A stretch of 32,000 bases of DNA from Candidatus Baldrarchaeum yapensis (lineage in GTDB: Archaea; Asgardarchaeota; Baldrarchaeia; Baldrarchaeales; Baldrarchaeaceae), in the NCBI GenBank assembly GCA_016840465.1, contig JAEOSH010000002.1:72730-104729 (forward strand). The letters are read 5' to 3'. Position numbers and translations under genes: made by a program. The notes beneath the pieces are model-generated. The model ran no database searches, was not told where the DNA came from, and saw only the letters and a list, made by a program, of their open reading frames with translations. This document shows positions 9,725 to 19,028 of this stretch, in pieces. Every line of letters begins with the position of its first letter. Within the stretch, counting starts at the first letter, position 1.

Positions 9725-10066
9725 TTAAGACCTCTTCTTAACCCTGTTAACTTTGTAGGGGTACCTTATTTGTCTTTTACAGTTAAAGCACGTAATGGTA
9801 ATATGAGGATATCTATTCGTCCTGAGTCTAACCCGGCAATTAACACCGGGAACGAGGAATGTACCACAATGTTTGCAGATTCTCCTCTTTATATGACGCG
9901 GTATGCGAACCCTACACTTCATACTTATTTTGCGTATTAAATCTATATACCGTTGTGCAAGTTCTGGCAACTCCTCGAACAACTTGCTTGCCATCTCATA
10001 TAATATCTCCATTCGCTGGCGGGCAATGTCTCTTATCAGTGCGCGCTCACTCTTCCTTCTAGCCAT
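9725..10066 (-). CDS. rnp4: RNase P protein subunit Rpp21
   Basis: IARQRMEIL, KRRICKHCGTFLVPG and ITCFNC zinc ribbon. Start moved to ATG 10066. Confidence 0.92.
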   Translation of the reverse strand: MARRKSERALIRDIARQRMEILYEMASKLFEELPELAQRYIDLIRKISMKCRVRIPRHIKRRICKHCGTFLVPGVNCRVRLRTNRYPHITITCFNCKRQIRYPYKVNRVKKRS

Positions 10067-10155
10067 TGCATCACATTCCTCATCATTTTTATTGGGTTTA
10101 AGACCTAATTTTTCATACACGCTTTAATGAATATAGATCTTTTTGGGTGCTCACA

Positions 10156-10863
10156 ATGCTGATGTTCATAGTTGCAGAAGCAGCACTCGAGGTGATTCCT
10201 CCAATCTTGAGACATTACAAGGCCATCCAGAGGCTTGCAAGCAGAAGAGGAAAGCGTCCTGATGAAATGCTATTAGACTCTTCACTTCATCATTACTATA
10301 TGAGGGCGTATCTAGGGGATTTTCACAAACGCGGTCGCCCTGATATTGTACACATGATTCTCCTATCAGTCATGGGAACCCCACTCAATAAGGAAGGATT
10401 GCTCTCCGTCTACATTCACACATATAACGATTATGTGCTTTACATTAACCCCGAGACAAGGCTTCCTAAGAACTACAATCGATTTGTTGGCCTTATGGAA
10501 CAATTATTTAAATTAGGAAAAGTGCCCCCAGAAGGAGAGGCATTAATCAGACTTGAGAAGAAAACATTAACTCAGTTGCTTGAGGAATTGAACCCTGATA
10601 AGGTGATACTGTTTTCGGAAGGTGGAGAATTGGTTGACCTTTTCGAGTTCTTTAAGAGGTTTTCTCCGGATGAAAATATAGCAGTCATGATTGGTGGTTT
10701 TCCGCACGGCAGTTTTAGGGAGGAAACGGAAAAACTTGCTGATGTCAAAGTATCCATAGATCCTGAACCGTTGGAGGCGTGGGTAGTTGCATCTCGGATA
10801 ATTTACGCATATGAATACACTATCGGCGTGACGAGAAATCGTTTATTGAAAAAGTTAGGGTGA
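10156..10863 (+). CDS. nep1: Nep1/Emg1 rRNA pseudouridine N1-methyltransferase (SPOUT)
   Basis: LLDSSLHH, RGRPDIVH, RLPKNYNRFVGLMEQL and IGGFPHG motifs. Confidence 0.95.
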   Translation: MLMFIVAEAALEVIPPILRHYKAIQRLASRRGKRPDEMLLDSSLHHYYMRAYLGDFHKRGRPDIVHMILLSVMGTPLNKEGLLSVYIHTYNDYVLYINPETRLPKNYNRFVGLMEQLFKLGKVPPEGEALIRLEKKTLTQLLEELNPDKVILFSEGGELVDLFEFFKRFSPDENIAVMIGGFPHGSFREETEKLADVKVSIDPEPLEAWVVASRIIYAYEYTIGVTRNRLLKKLG

Positions 10864-12083
10864 TAAAGTTGTTAATAGGAATTGTGGGAAAGCCCTCATC
10901 GGGAAAAACAACGTTTTTGAATGCTGCATGTTTGACTTCATACAAAGTTGCCGATTACCCGTTTACAACCATAGAGCCCCAGCCTGGGACTGCTTTTGTC
11001 CGCGTAAAATGTGTTTGTAAGGAGTTTGACGTTAAATGCAATCCTAAAGTGGGTTATTGTGTCAATGGCGTACGATATGTGCCCGTACATATGCTCGATG
11101 TTGCTGGTCTCGTTCCAGATGCCTGGATGGGAAGGGGGTTAGGGAATAAGTTCTTAGATGACCTTAGAACGGCAGATGCCCTGATTCATGTGGTTGATGC
11201 AAGTGGCTCCACTGATGCTGAGGGCAGAAAAGTGCCACCAGGATCATGGGATCCGGTAAAGGACGTCGAATTTCTCGAAAGAGAGATAGCTATGTGGATA
11301 GTTCAGATACTCAAAAGGGACTGGAGAAGGCTTGTAGGCAAAGCACGAAGTTTAAGAGTAAAGCCGGAGGATGTATTATTTGAACGATTATCTGGATTGA
11401 AAATTTCAAAAACGGATATAGCATCCGCTTTAAAGGCCAGCGGGTTGGAGGGAAAGAAGCTAGATACTTGGAATGATGACGATCTGTATAATTTCGTTAA
11501 AGTTTTACGAGAGATATCAAAACCGATGATAATTGCTGCGAACAAAATAGATTTGCCATACGCGGAAGAGAACCTCAAGCGACTCATAGAAGTATTTAAA
11601 GGAAGATATGAAGTTGTTCCTTGTTGCGCTGCAGGTGAATATGCACTTAGGCAACTTGCACAGCGAGGGATAATCAGTTATAACCCAGGGGATTGCGATT
11701 TTGAAATTTTAAAGCCGGAAAAACTTTCTAAAGATGCTTTAGATAGATTGGAAAGGTTAAGATCTCAGGTGCTAAAAAAATATGGATCTACTGGCGTACA
11801 GATGGTATTAGAAAAGGTAGTATTTGAGTTATTGGATCTTATCCCCGTATTTCCGGTAGAAGATCCAAAGAGACTTACCGATCATCATGGAAATGTGCTT
11901 CCGGATGTCTTTTTGGTACCGAGGGGCTCAACCGCACGGGATTTAGCTTACATGATACATACCGAATTAGGAGATACGTTTCTTTATGCAATTGATGTAA
12001 GAACGGGTATGAGACTGGGTGAAGACGAGGAACTCAAAGAGAGAGCTGTTGTAAAAATTGTTGCAACAGCCGCGAGGAGGTAG
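10860..12083 (+). CDS. ychF: Archaeal YchF/Obg-family GTPase with C-terminal TGS domain
   Basis: GKPSSGKTT, YPFTTIEP, DVAGLV, ANKID motifs; TGS tail (ARDLAYMIHTELG); Cys-rich archaeal insert. Confidence 0.92.
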   Translation: MIKLLIGIVGKPSSGKTTFLNAACLTSYKVADYPFTTIEPQPGTAFVRVKCVCKEFDVKCNPKVGYCVNGVRYVPVHMLDVAGLVPDAWMGRGLGNKFLDDLRTADALIHVVDASGSTDAEGRKVPPGSWDPVKDVEFLEREIAMWIVQILKRDWRRLVGKARSLRVKPEDVLFERLSGLKISKTDIASALKASGLEGKKLDTWNDDDLYNFVKVLREISKPMIIAANKIDLPYAEENLKRLIEVFKGRYEVVPCCAAGEYALRQLAQRGIISYNPGDCDFEILKPEKLSKDALDRLERLRSQVLKKYGSTGVQMVLEKVVFELLDLIPVFPVEDPKRLTDHHGNVLPDVFLVPRGSTARDLAYMIHTELGDTFLYAIDVRTGMRLGEDEELKERAVVKIVATAARR

Positions 12084-12088
12084 GAAAT

Positions 12089-13066
12089 ATGGAAATTAGA
12101 GTCTTGGTAACTGACCCTATACACAAAGATGGCATCGAACTTCTGAAAAAAAGTGGTTTTTCTGTAGATGAAAAGCCCGACATTAGCCATGATGAACTCG
12201 TGAAAATAGTAGGAGATTATGAAGTACTTATTGTGAGAGGACGTACTAAAGTCACAAGAGACGTGATTTCGGTTGCTAAAAAGTTAAAGGTCATTGGGAG
12301 AGCTGGTGTCGGTTTGGATAATATAGACTTAGAGGCCGCACGAGAGAGAGGTATTACTGTATTCAATGCGCCGGAGGCCGCGTCAGTTGCCGTTGCAGAA
12401 CTCGTATTTGGGCTTCTAATTGCAGTAATGCGCGGAATATGTTTAGGAAATGCGGCACTTAAAAGAGGAGAATGGATTAAAGCAAAACTTATGGGACATG
12501 AGTTAAGAGGAAAAGTTTTAGGAATAATAGGCTTAGGCAGAATAGGAACCGAGGTTGCAAAGCGCGCTAAGGCATTTGAAATGTACGTAAAGGCGTATGA
12601 TGTTAGGGAAGAGGCCCGGCAATTGGCAGAAAGTTTAGGAGTCGAGTTTGTCGGGACTTCTAGGGAGGCGTTTGAGGAGTTGCTTAGAACTTCTGACATT
12701 ATAACGATTCATGTCCCACTGACCAAGGACACTTATCATTTAATAGGCAAAAAAGAACTATCACTCATGAAACCCAATGCTATCATCATAAATACCTCAC
12801 GAGGTGGGGTTATCGATGAAAATGCCCTTTATGAGTTCCTCAAAGAGAGAAAAATATACGCCGCAGGACTCGATGTTTTCGAACAAGAACCCCCACGAGA
12901 TCTGCGATTAGTCGGATTACCCAATGTGGTGGCTACACCACATATAGGGGCATCAACAGAGGAGGCCCAAAGAGCAGCATCTATAACTATTGCTGAGAGA
13001 ATAATTCAGTACTTTGGAGAGAAAGGATGGCGCCGGGGGCGGGATTCGAACCCGCGCGGCCCGTAA
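12089..13066 (+). CDS. serA: D-2-hydroxyacid dehydrogenase, D-3-phosphoglycerate dehydrogenase-like (no ACT domain)
   Basis: RAGVGLDNID, GLGRIG Rossmann motif, NTSRGGV, DVFEQEPP and TPHIGASTEEAQ. Substrate specificity is inferred. Confidence 0.75.
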   Translation: MEIRVLVTDPIHKDGIELLKKSGFSVDEKPDISHDELVKIVGDYEVLIVRGRTKVTRDVISVAKKLKVIGRAGVGLDNIDLEAARERGITVFNAPEAASVAVAELVFGLLIAVMRGICLGNAALKRGEWIKAKLMGHELRGKVLGIIGLGRIGTEVAKRAKAFEMYVKAYDVREEARQLAESLGVEFVGTSREAFEELLRTSDIITIHVPLTKDTYHLIGKKELSLMKPNAIIINTSRGGVIDENALYEFLKERKIYAAGLDVFEQEPPRDLRLVGLPNVVATPHIGASTEEAQRAASITIAERIIQYFGEKGWRRGRDSNPRGP

Positions 13067-13078
13067 GGGCCACGGGCT

Positions 13079-13091
13079 TTATGGTCGAAAT
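13079..13091 (-). other. tRNA intron 2, canonical position 37/38 (13 nt, ATTTCGACCATAA)
   Basis: Relaxed BHB motif: CTGG/CCAT central helix with one mismatch, bulges AG|A and AA|A, minimal T-TTCG-A loop. Confidence 0.8.
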
Positions 13092-13099
13092 CTCCAGGC

Positions 13100-13118
13100 T
13101 TGCGCCCGCCGTAGCGGT
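13100..13118 (-). other. tRNA intron 1, non-canonical position 29/30 (19 nt, ACCGCTACGGCGGGCGCAA)
   Basis: BHB motif: central helix GCGC/GCGC, 3-nt bulges GG|A and AA|G, intron hairpin CCGC-TACG-GCGG. Confidence 0.85.
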
Positions 13119-13252
13119 CCGCGCCTTGGCCAGCTAGGCTACCCCGGCGCGATAATACCTATATGGGAGTTATGGTGGGGAAATGATTACATCCCGATAC
13201 GGTACTTCGCTCTACTAATTTTACTTTTGGTTTTGACAGAAACTTATATTTT

Positions 13253-13876
13253 TTATGACATTGGTTTGCTTAATGGTGCTTCGCAAAGTCTTGATAAAAA
13301 CACGAAATATCCTTTCTTTTTCGCTAAAATTTCAAGATTGCCGAATGTTTCTTCCATGAACTTCATTATTCTTTCTGCGCCTTTATTTCTTTTTGCGACG
13401 ATTTGTAGAGTTCCTCCATTTTTCAAATGTATTGGTGCGAGTTTTATTAATTTGATAACAGTATCGAGTCCCTTATGGATCGGAGGGTTAGAAACTATAG
13501 CATTGAACTTCATGCCTCTAACTGGCTCATAAAGATCTCCCTGAATCACTTTTACATTTCTCACACCGTTTCTCTTAGCGTTCTCACGCGCTAACATTAC
13601 TGCCCTCCTGTTAATATCCGTCATTATAACATGCAACCTTTCATTTATCTTTGCGGCCACTATCCCTATAACACCATAACCGCATCCAAGATCTAGGAAA
13701 GTTCCCTCATTCGGAATTTCCATGGTTTCGACAAGAAGTCTTGTCCCTAGGTCTACTTTCTTGTAGGAAAAAACTCCAGACGCTGTTAAAAACTCGAATA
13801 TATGCCCTCTAAGGACAGTCTTTACGAGAAAAAGTTCAAATTCTGTAATCTGCTCTTCTGAATAATAATGCGGCAT
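13253..13876 (-). CDS. RsmC-like class I SAM-dependent methyltransferase
   Basis: SGVFS...VDLGTRLL, LDLGCGYGVIG SAM motif and NPPI amino-methyltransferase motif. Target RNA unknown. Confidence 0.85.
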   Translation of the reverse strand: MPHYYSEEQITEFELFLVKTVLRGHIFEFLTASGVFSYKKVDLGTRLLVETMEIPNEGTFLDLGCGYGVIGIVAAKINERLHVIMTDINRRAVMLARENAKRNGVRNVKVIQGDLYEPVRGMKFNAIVSNPPIHKGLDTVIKLIKLAPIHLKNGGTLQIVAKRNKGAERIMKFMEETFGNLEILAKKKGYFVFLSRLCEAPLSKPMS

Positions 13877-13877
13877 T

Positions 13878-14882
13878 CTAACCACTCTTCTTGAATTCCT
13901 TCCAACTAGGATACGTGCCTCTTTTCATAATCACTCTATCGATGGTCGCTGCTATGCCCTTACTCTTCTTTAGTATTTCCTCCGTCGACATAACTGCTCT
14001 GCCCAATGCTATAACTTCATCTTTTAATGTAAAAATCGCAACAAGATCCCCCGGCTTTATTCCTTCGTGTAATTTAACAATCCCGGGTACGGTAAGATGG
14101 GCACCATGACACAAGGCATCTACTGCCGAGTCACGCACCCAAATATGCGGCAGATGATCTAATGCGCGCTCGACGGGCTGTATGCATTTTCTCAGAAACT
14201 GTTCGTCGCCATCTTCCTTCCAGAAGTGATAAGCATCCACAAGATCATGAAGTGTAACCAGTGTTTCATCCTCTTTAAACGGTCCAGTTCTTGTCCTCCT
14301 TAGCTCTCTCATGTGAGCGCCGCTACCTAGTGCCTCGCCGATATCAAAAATAAGCTTTCTAATGTAAGTTCCAGCTTGACATCCAACCCTCATCAGAACG
14401 TTTCTTCCTTCTATCTCCAGAATTTTTATATAGTAAATCTTTCTCGTTCTAAGGCGGCGTTTCACAGACGATCTTACCGGGGGACGTTGATAAATTTCGC
14501 CCACAAATTCACTAACGACTTCCCTGATTTTGTCTTCTGGCACATCCCTGTGTAAGTACATGACTGTTACGTACTCTTTTCCTGCAGGTAATAGTGTTTG
14601 TATGACCTTTGTTGCATTTTCTAGCGCTATAGGAAGCACTCCAGTGACGCCGGGATCCAAAGTTCCTCCATGACCCGCTTTTTTAACATTTAATATCCGT
14701 TTTATCCAAGCAACTACCTCATGGCTTGTGGGTCCCGCTGGTTTGTCCAAATTTATTACTCCATTTTCTATTAGACTCTCTATTGGACGTTCGTCTGGGT
14801 AACAACCGTATCTGGGATCTGTTTCTGCCTCGCTTTTGACAATGATCTTTCTTTTCACATCGGATGGAAGCTTACACTCCAT
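13878..14882 (-). CDS. cbf5: H/ACA pseudouridine synthase Cbf5 (TruB family)
   Basis: NLDKPAGPTSHEV, GHGGTLDP catalytic Asp, GTYIRKL and PUA domain; uninterrupted ORF. Confidence 0.96.
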   Translation of the reverse strand: MECKLPSDVKRKIIVKSEAETDPRYGCYPDERPIESLIENGVINLDKPAGPTSHEVVAWIKRILNVKKAGHGGTLDPGVTGVLPIALENATKVIQTLLPAGKEYVTVMYLHRDVPEDKIREVVSEFVGEIYQRPPVRSSVKRRLRTRKIYYIKILEIEGRNVLMRVGCQAGTYIRKLIFDIGEALGSGAHMRELRRTRTGPFKEDETLVTLHDLVDAYHFWKEDGDEQFLRKCIQPVERALDHLPHIWVRDSAVDALCHGAHLTVPGIVKLHEGIKPGDLVAIFTLKDEVIALGRAVMSTEEILKKSKGIAATIDRVIMKRGTYPSWKEFKKSG

Positions 14883-14951
14883 TAATGCCACCAGATACTA
14901 TTCAAAAAGATGGTAAATTAGGACTTCGGTTCTTGGATATCGCAAAAGAAA

Positions 14952-15242
14952 TCAAAGGGATATTTTAACCCTCTCACGCATAAAATCGAGTATGCCTTCT
15001 TTCTCCAGAGCACTTCTTACCTCATCATCGCTGGCATTCTTTGGTATATTTATTTTGCGTGGTGTAGGCTCTAGATGCTTGATATTGCATCTTCTTCGCT
15101 TAACACCGGACACATCCTTTGGTCCAGTTACCAGTACAAAATTTTTGTCTATAATGTCTACGATCACGCACTTTCTTCCAGCTTCTCTTCCCATAGTCTT
15201 CACACATATCCTTCCGATATCTATCAGGCGCTCTGCACTCAT
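14952..15242 (-). CDS. rpl14e: 50S ribosomal protein eL14 (start at 15242 or 15248)
   Basis: [33 protein letters not shown]...[13 protein letters not shown]. Confidence 0.96.
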   Translation of the reverse strand: MSAERLIDIGRICVKTMGREAGRKCVIVDIIDKNFVLVTGPKDVSGVKRRRCNIKHLEPTPRKINIPKNASDDEVRSALEKEGILDFMRERVKISL

Positions 15243-15247
15243 GACCA

Positions 15248-15799
15248 TCACCGCACCTTTTGTGATGCTAGGTATTCTTCAATCACAGTTTTTAAAATCT
15301 TGAGTACGCTCTCTATTGAAAACTTTTCTGTATTGATCATGACGTCGTATATTTTCGGATCAAAAGGCTCCGCTCCATATATCTCCTTATATCTCTTTAA
15401 TTCGCTCAACTCTCTCTCGAGAGTCTCTTTATATGCCTGTTTATAACTTATGCCGTCTCTTTTTGCAATTCTCCTAACCCTAACTTCCAAAGGGGCGGTT
15501 ACGAGTATTTTTAAGTCGGCAATTTCACGTGCAACCCATGCAGTCAACCTTCCATCAAGAACAACATTGCCCCTTCTGGCCTCATTTAGAGTTGTATTGT
15601 CGATCATTCTGTCTATCTCATAATCTTTTTCAGCTTGCTTGCTAAATTCACTTAATGATAGCCCCTTTTCCTTTGCAAGCCGCCTAAATATCTCTCCTGC
15701 GGAAAAGTACCGCAAATTAAACTCCTTTGCTATAAATTTTGCATATGTTGTTTTTCCACTGCCAGCGGGTCCGCTGATCGCTATTGTTATTTTCTTCAC
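15248..15799 (-). CDS. cmk: Cytidylate kinase, archaeal type
   Basis: [12 protein letters not shown]-loop, SAGEIFR, DGRLTAW and [14 protein letters not shown] motifs. Confidence 0.94.
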   Translation of the reverse strand: MKKITIAISGPAGSGKTTYAKFIAKEFNLRYFSAGEIFRRLAKEKGLSLSEFSKQAEKDYEIDRMIDNTTLNEARRGNVVLDGRLTAWVAREIADLKILVTAPLEVRVRRIAKRDGISYKQAYKETLERELSELKRYKEIYGAEPFDPKIYDVMINTEKFSIESVLKILKTVIEEYLASQKVR

Positions 15800-16071
15800 A
15801 TGAACATTCCTCGCACGGTCTCCTTTATCTTACGAGATAGACAATTCGGACATAAGTATCCACCATATGGGCGCTCGGGTCTTCTGGAAGATTTTGGCAA
15901 CTTTCTTAGTTCACTGGGTCTAAGTCTTGGAACGCCTCCCAGCGGTTTTCCACAGAGTGCACACTTCGCGAAGTCGACCTTCTTTTTCTCGTAATGAATT
16001 ACAACGCGACCTCCTGGAGTTCTAACGAAATGCTTTTTCGCAGACCTCGACCTATACCTTGGTTGCGGCAT
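15796..16071 (-). CDS. rpl34e: 50S ribosomal protein eL34
   Basis: [18 protein letters not shown] and [14 protein letters not shown] motifs. Confidence 0.97.
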   Translation of the reverse strand: MPQPRYRSRSAKKHFVRTPGGRVVIHYEKKKVDFAKCALCGKPLGGVPRLRPSELRKLPKSSRRPERPYGGYLCPNCLSRKIKETVRGMFM

Positions 16072-16087
16072 TCATACATCCCCCAAA

Positions 16088-16579
16088 TCACATCTTTACT
16101 GTTAGCTTTCTCAGGAGAGAGCCGAATGAGAAGCTGCAAAGTACGTACCACCATATGAAATTTAAACTCCCGATACCGTCCTCATAAACTTGACCAAAGA
16201 ATGAAGGTACTTCCACAGGAACTAAAACCACCGGGGCGTCGCCATAGACCATGTTACGGAGTATCAAAAAGAGCGTTATAAACACTACGGATGATATTAT
16301 GAAGAACTTGAAGGTTTCCTTTGCGAGTTCCATTTCCAACTTTTTTATCCTCCTTTCGTGTCTCTTCAACTTTACGAACTTCCTCTCATCCCCCTCTCTG
16401 TAAGCTCTCAGCAATTCGGATCTCCATTTCTTTATTTCGCTACTATATCTTTGAACCTTATTTATGTCTGTAGTTACTTTTTGAATTAGTATCGAGAGAG
16501 CTGAGAATAGAAGAGCAAATAGAAGAATGGAAATCGTGGAATACGGCATCGTTCTTAATGTTTCTATTATATCCGCCAT
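16088..16579 (-). CDS. DUF106 membrane protein (EMC3/TMCO1, Oxa1 superfamily)
   Basis: TM1, coiled coil, TM2, TM3 ending FIWWYVLCSFSFGSLLRK; conserved position downstream of secY. Confidence 0.85.
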   Translation of the reverse strand: MADIIETLRTMPYSTISILLFALLFSALSILIQKVTTDINKVQRYSSEIKKWRSELLRAYREGDERKFVKLKRHERRIKKLEMELAKETFKFFIISSVVFITLFLILRNMVYGDAPVVLVPVEVPSFFGQVYEDGIGSLNFIWWYVLCSFSFGSLLRKLTVKM

Positions 16580-16591
16580 TCTTTTCACCCG

Positions 16592-18052
16592 TTATTCTAA
16601 TCCTAAGAACGCTCTCACTGCCGGATGCAATTCAGCAAGTTGTTCTCTTAGGATTAACTGGTAATATTGATAAAGAATATCAACAAAGAGGAGAATTCCC
16701 ACACCAGTCCCTAATGCCCCTAAGAAGTCTGCAAATACCGCGAGTAGCCCTATTAGAATACCGCTGAAAATTGTGACAGGAGGAATGTATCGCTTAAATA
16801 TTCTTTCTAGAATTCTCTCGGAGGACCTAAATCCGGGAACCTGAAGGCCTGCCTGTACAAGTTGCTTTGCTATATCAGCGGGAGCCATACCGGAAACTTC
16901 GACCCAAAGCACACCGAAAATCACACAAAGTATTAAGAACAGCACCATATAGGTAACCGCGCGTACTGGGTCCTCGATTACTGCTTGAATACCACGTGGT
17001 GGGCTCAGATAATAAGCTAACCCCGTTGTTGGCTTAACAATGCCTTCCTCGGTAATCTCATACCTTCCAAGTATATCTACTATGAGCCTGAGAAATGCGT
17101 TTTCCGAGTCTCCCCATCTTCGCCATGTGAGTTGCGAAGTGAAGAGAATAATTGCGTAAAACGCTTGAGCAAATATTACTGGAATCACGGAAACATACAT
17201 TAAGCGTATTGGATAGGTTCCTCTTATTCCTCTAAATCTAGAATAAGCAACAGGGATCTCTATTCTACACGTTTCTATATAAACTATTACTATGAAGAGT
17301 ATTATTGTCGTTATAACTCCCGTCATGTCAGGTAAATTCTTCCCTCTATTTAATATGGATATAAGTTCATTCCACTTGCCCGTATTCCAAGCATTGCCCA
17401 CTGCCTGAAAGAATGCTATCACCGCGCCGTAGGCATAACCATCACCATTGGGTATAGAAAATGGAGAAAAAGCATTCCACATAATTCTGTCCGCAACACC
17501 TGCTATTATGAAAATACTAACTCCGCTACCTATTCCCCAACCCTTTTGTATCATTTCATCCATCAAGATGATTATTATCCCCGCAAATAATAATTGGAAG
17601 AATATCAGAACTGCTGTGTTGAACGCTATTCTGCCGTATGCACCACTAGCTATGTACATTACTGCTTGAACCATTGTGAGTAAAATTGCTAACACCTTTT
17701 GAACACCTGTAAAGAGCGCACGATCTTCCGGATCACTCAAATCGATATCTATCATTCGAGATCCTACTAGTACTTGCATGAGCAATCCTGCTGTTACTAT
17801 AGGGCCAATGCCCAACTCTGTTAATGTTCCCCTAGATGATGCAAGAACCACTCTTATGGAGTAAAAGACGTCGGGAGCATGTGGGGAGTGTGGAATCCCA
17901 TAAAGCGGTATGTTACTCATAATTATGTATATTATCATGACAAGTAGCGTCCATCCCAATTTTTCCCGAAGACTGACTCTACGGGTTGGAGGCTTTACTT
18001 CCGGTGTTATTCTTATCAGCGGAGAAAATGCCTGCAGAAATTTACTTGGCAT
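16592..18052 (-). CDS. secY: Preprotein translocase SecY / Sec61-alpha
   Basis: ELGIGPIVTAG, LMDEMIQKGWGIGSG, YPIRLMYVSVIPVI, QVPGFR and GTGVGILL motifs. Confidence 0.98.
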   Translation of the reverse strand: MPSKFLQAFSPLIRITPEVKPPTRRVSLREKLGWTLLVMIIYIIMSNIPLYGIPHSPHAPDVFYSIRVVLASSRGTLTELGIGPIVTAGLLMQVLVGSRMIDIDLSDPEDRALFTGVQKVLAILLTMVQAVMYIASGAYGRIAFNTAVLIFFQLLFAGIIIILMDEMIQKGWGIGSGVSIFIIAGVADRIMWNAFSPFSIPNGDGYAYGAVIAFFQAVGNAWNTGKWNELISILNRGKNLPDMTGVITTIILFIVIVYIETCRIEIPVAYSRFRGIRGTYPIRLMYVSVIPVIFAQAFYAIILFTSQLTWRRWGDSENAFLRLIVDILGRYEITEEGIVKPTTGLAYYLSPPRGIQAVIEDPVRAVTYMVLFLILCVIFGVLWVEVSGMAPADIAKQLVQAGLQVPGFRSSERILERIFKRYIPPVTIFSGILIGLLAVFADFLGALGTGVGILLFVDILYQYYQLILREQLAELHPAVRAFLGLE

Positions 18053-18054
18053 TT

Positions 18055-18516
18055 CTAACTACCCTCGGATGTCTCGCCTATTTTTATAACCTCACCACCA
18101 GCATTTATTATTTTTTCGGCAGCCTTTTCAGAGAACTCTATCGCTTTAACTATAAGCGGTCTGGTGACCTTCCCCTTTCCTAACACCTTCTCGTAACCAA
18201 GTTTTGTCACGTCTATCACTATTTTGTCATCTTTAAATTCCGCCTTGCCCTCCTTGGCAAGTCTTTCGGCAATCTCGTCGAGTTCTCCGACATTTATAGC
18301 GGATAGTTCTTTAACTAGTCTAAAGTACCTTGTAAATCCGTGCTTTCCAAAGTAATCAGGTTCATATTTAACGATATATGTCCAGAGGTGCTTATGTCTA
18401 CCACTCTTTCCTCGACCTCCACGTTGTCCAGCACCTCTATGTTGTCCTACGCGTCCATAACCATGCGTTCGTGACCCTCGCATTTTTCGCGATTTTTTCC
18501 TCCTTCTCACTACCAT
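18055..18516 (-). CDS. rpl15: 50S ribosomal protein uL15
   Basis: RGSRTHGYG, HRGAGQRGGRG, YFGKHGF and KVLGKG motifs. Confidence 0.97.
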   Translation of the reverse strand: MVVRRRKKSRKMRGSRTHGYGRVGQHRGAGQRGGRGKSGRHKHLWTYIVKYEPDYFGKHGFTRYFRLVKELSAINVGELDEIAERLAKEGKAEFKDDKIVIDVTKLGYEKVLGKGKVTRPLIVKAIEFSEKAAEKIINAGGEVIKIGETSEGS

Positions 18517-18531
18517 TGCTTAACCTCCTAA

Positions 18532-19017
18532 TCAGACCATTCTCTCCAATAACTCGTTAATAGCTTCACCCCTATATCCGAGTTCCCCGCCCTCTTGGTA
18601 ATGCCTCTTCTTTGACCCTCTAAATCCTCCCTTGGGTGGATGTAATCGAAATACTGGTTTCATTCTTGGTATGTCTTTCAATTCCGCCTCAAACTTCAAG
18701 AAGGCATCAACAAACTCTTCTATAGACTTGAATCTCGTAGTCTTTTGAAGATATTCGTCTGTTATCTTTTTATTGCCCTCTAATCTTCCCCTCTTCCTAA
18801 TCAGTTTTATTAGCGCTTCCCTGTTTACCTCTCCCCATGTAACATAATCTTTTACCTTCTGTAACATACCGAGATAACTGGGACGATCATCTATTATAAT
18901 AGCATGATTTACCTTGTGAAGTCTAAGCATTTTTAAAGTATCTAAAACCTCTTTACGTACTCCGGGCTCTCCTCGCAATCTTATTACTACTAAACGCTTA
19001 CTTCTTTGTTGCTCCAT
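18532..19017 (-). CDS. rpl30: 50S ribosomal protein uL30
   Basis: [26 protein letters not shown] and FRLHPPKGG motifs. Confidence 0.97.
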   Translation of the reverse strand: MEQQRSKRLVVIRLRGEPGVRKEVLDTLKMLRLHKVNHAIIIDDRPSYLGMLQKVKDYVTWGEVNREALIKLIRKRGRLEGNKKITDEYLQKTTRFKSIEEFVDAFLKFEAELKDIPRMKPVFRLHPPKGGFRGSKKRHYQEGGELGYRGEAINELLERMV

Positions 19018-19028
19018 TCGAATCACCG

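Larger units (their letters stand above)
13028..13148 (-). tRNA. tRNA-Ser(GGA) with two introns and encoded CCA
   Basis: Acceptor stem GCCGGGG/CCCCGGC plus G73-CCA; D stem GCC/GGC; T arm GCGGG-TTCGAAT-CCCGC; long variable arm GGCCC-TTAC-GGGCC. Removing 13100-13118 and 13079-13091 restores the anticodon arm CGGGC-CTGGAGA-GCCCG (89 nt mature). Confidence 0.9.

Noticed and set aside
13000-13060. tRNA 3' end as an integration (att) site
   Set aside because: No duplicate of the tRNA 3' end and no integrase seen in the window; flanking genes are housekeeping.
13092-13112. Alternative reading of the tRNA as Leu(AAG), using the intron CGGGC as the anticodon strand
   Set aside because: It gives a non-canonical loop (no U33), leaves an unexplained D-arm insertion and has no BHB. 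The Ser(GGA) model satisfies both BHBs and Ser identity elements.
13878-14882. Possible BHB intron in cbf5, as known in some crenarchaea
   Set aside because: The ORF is continuous through motifs I and II with normal spacing; no insertion seen.
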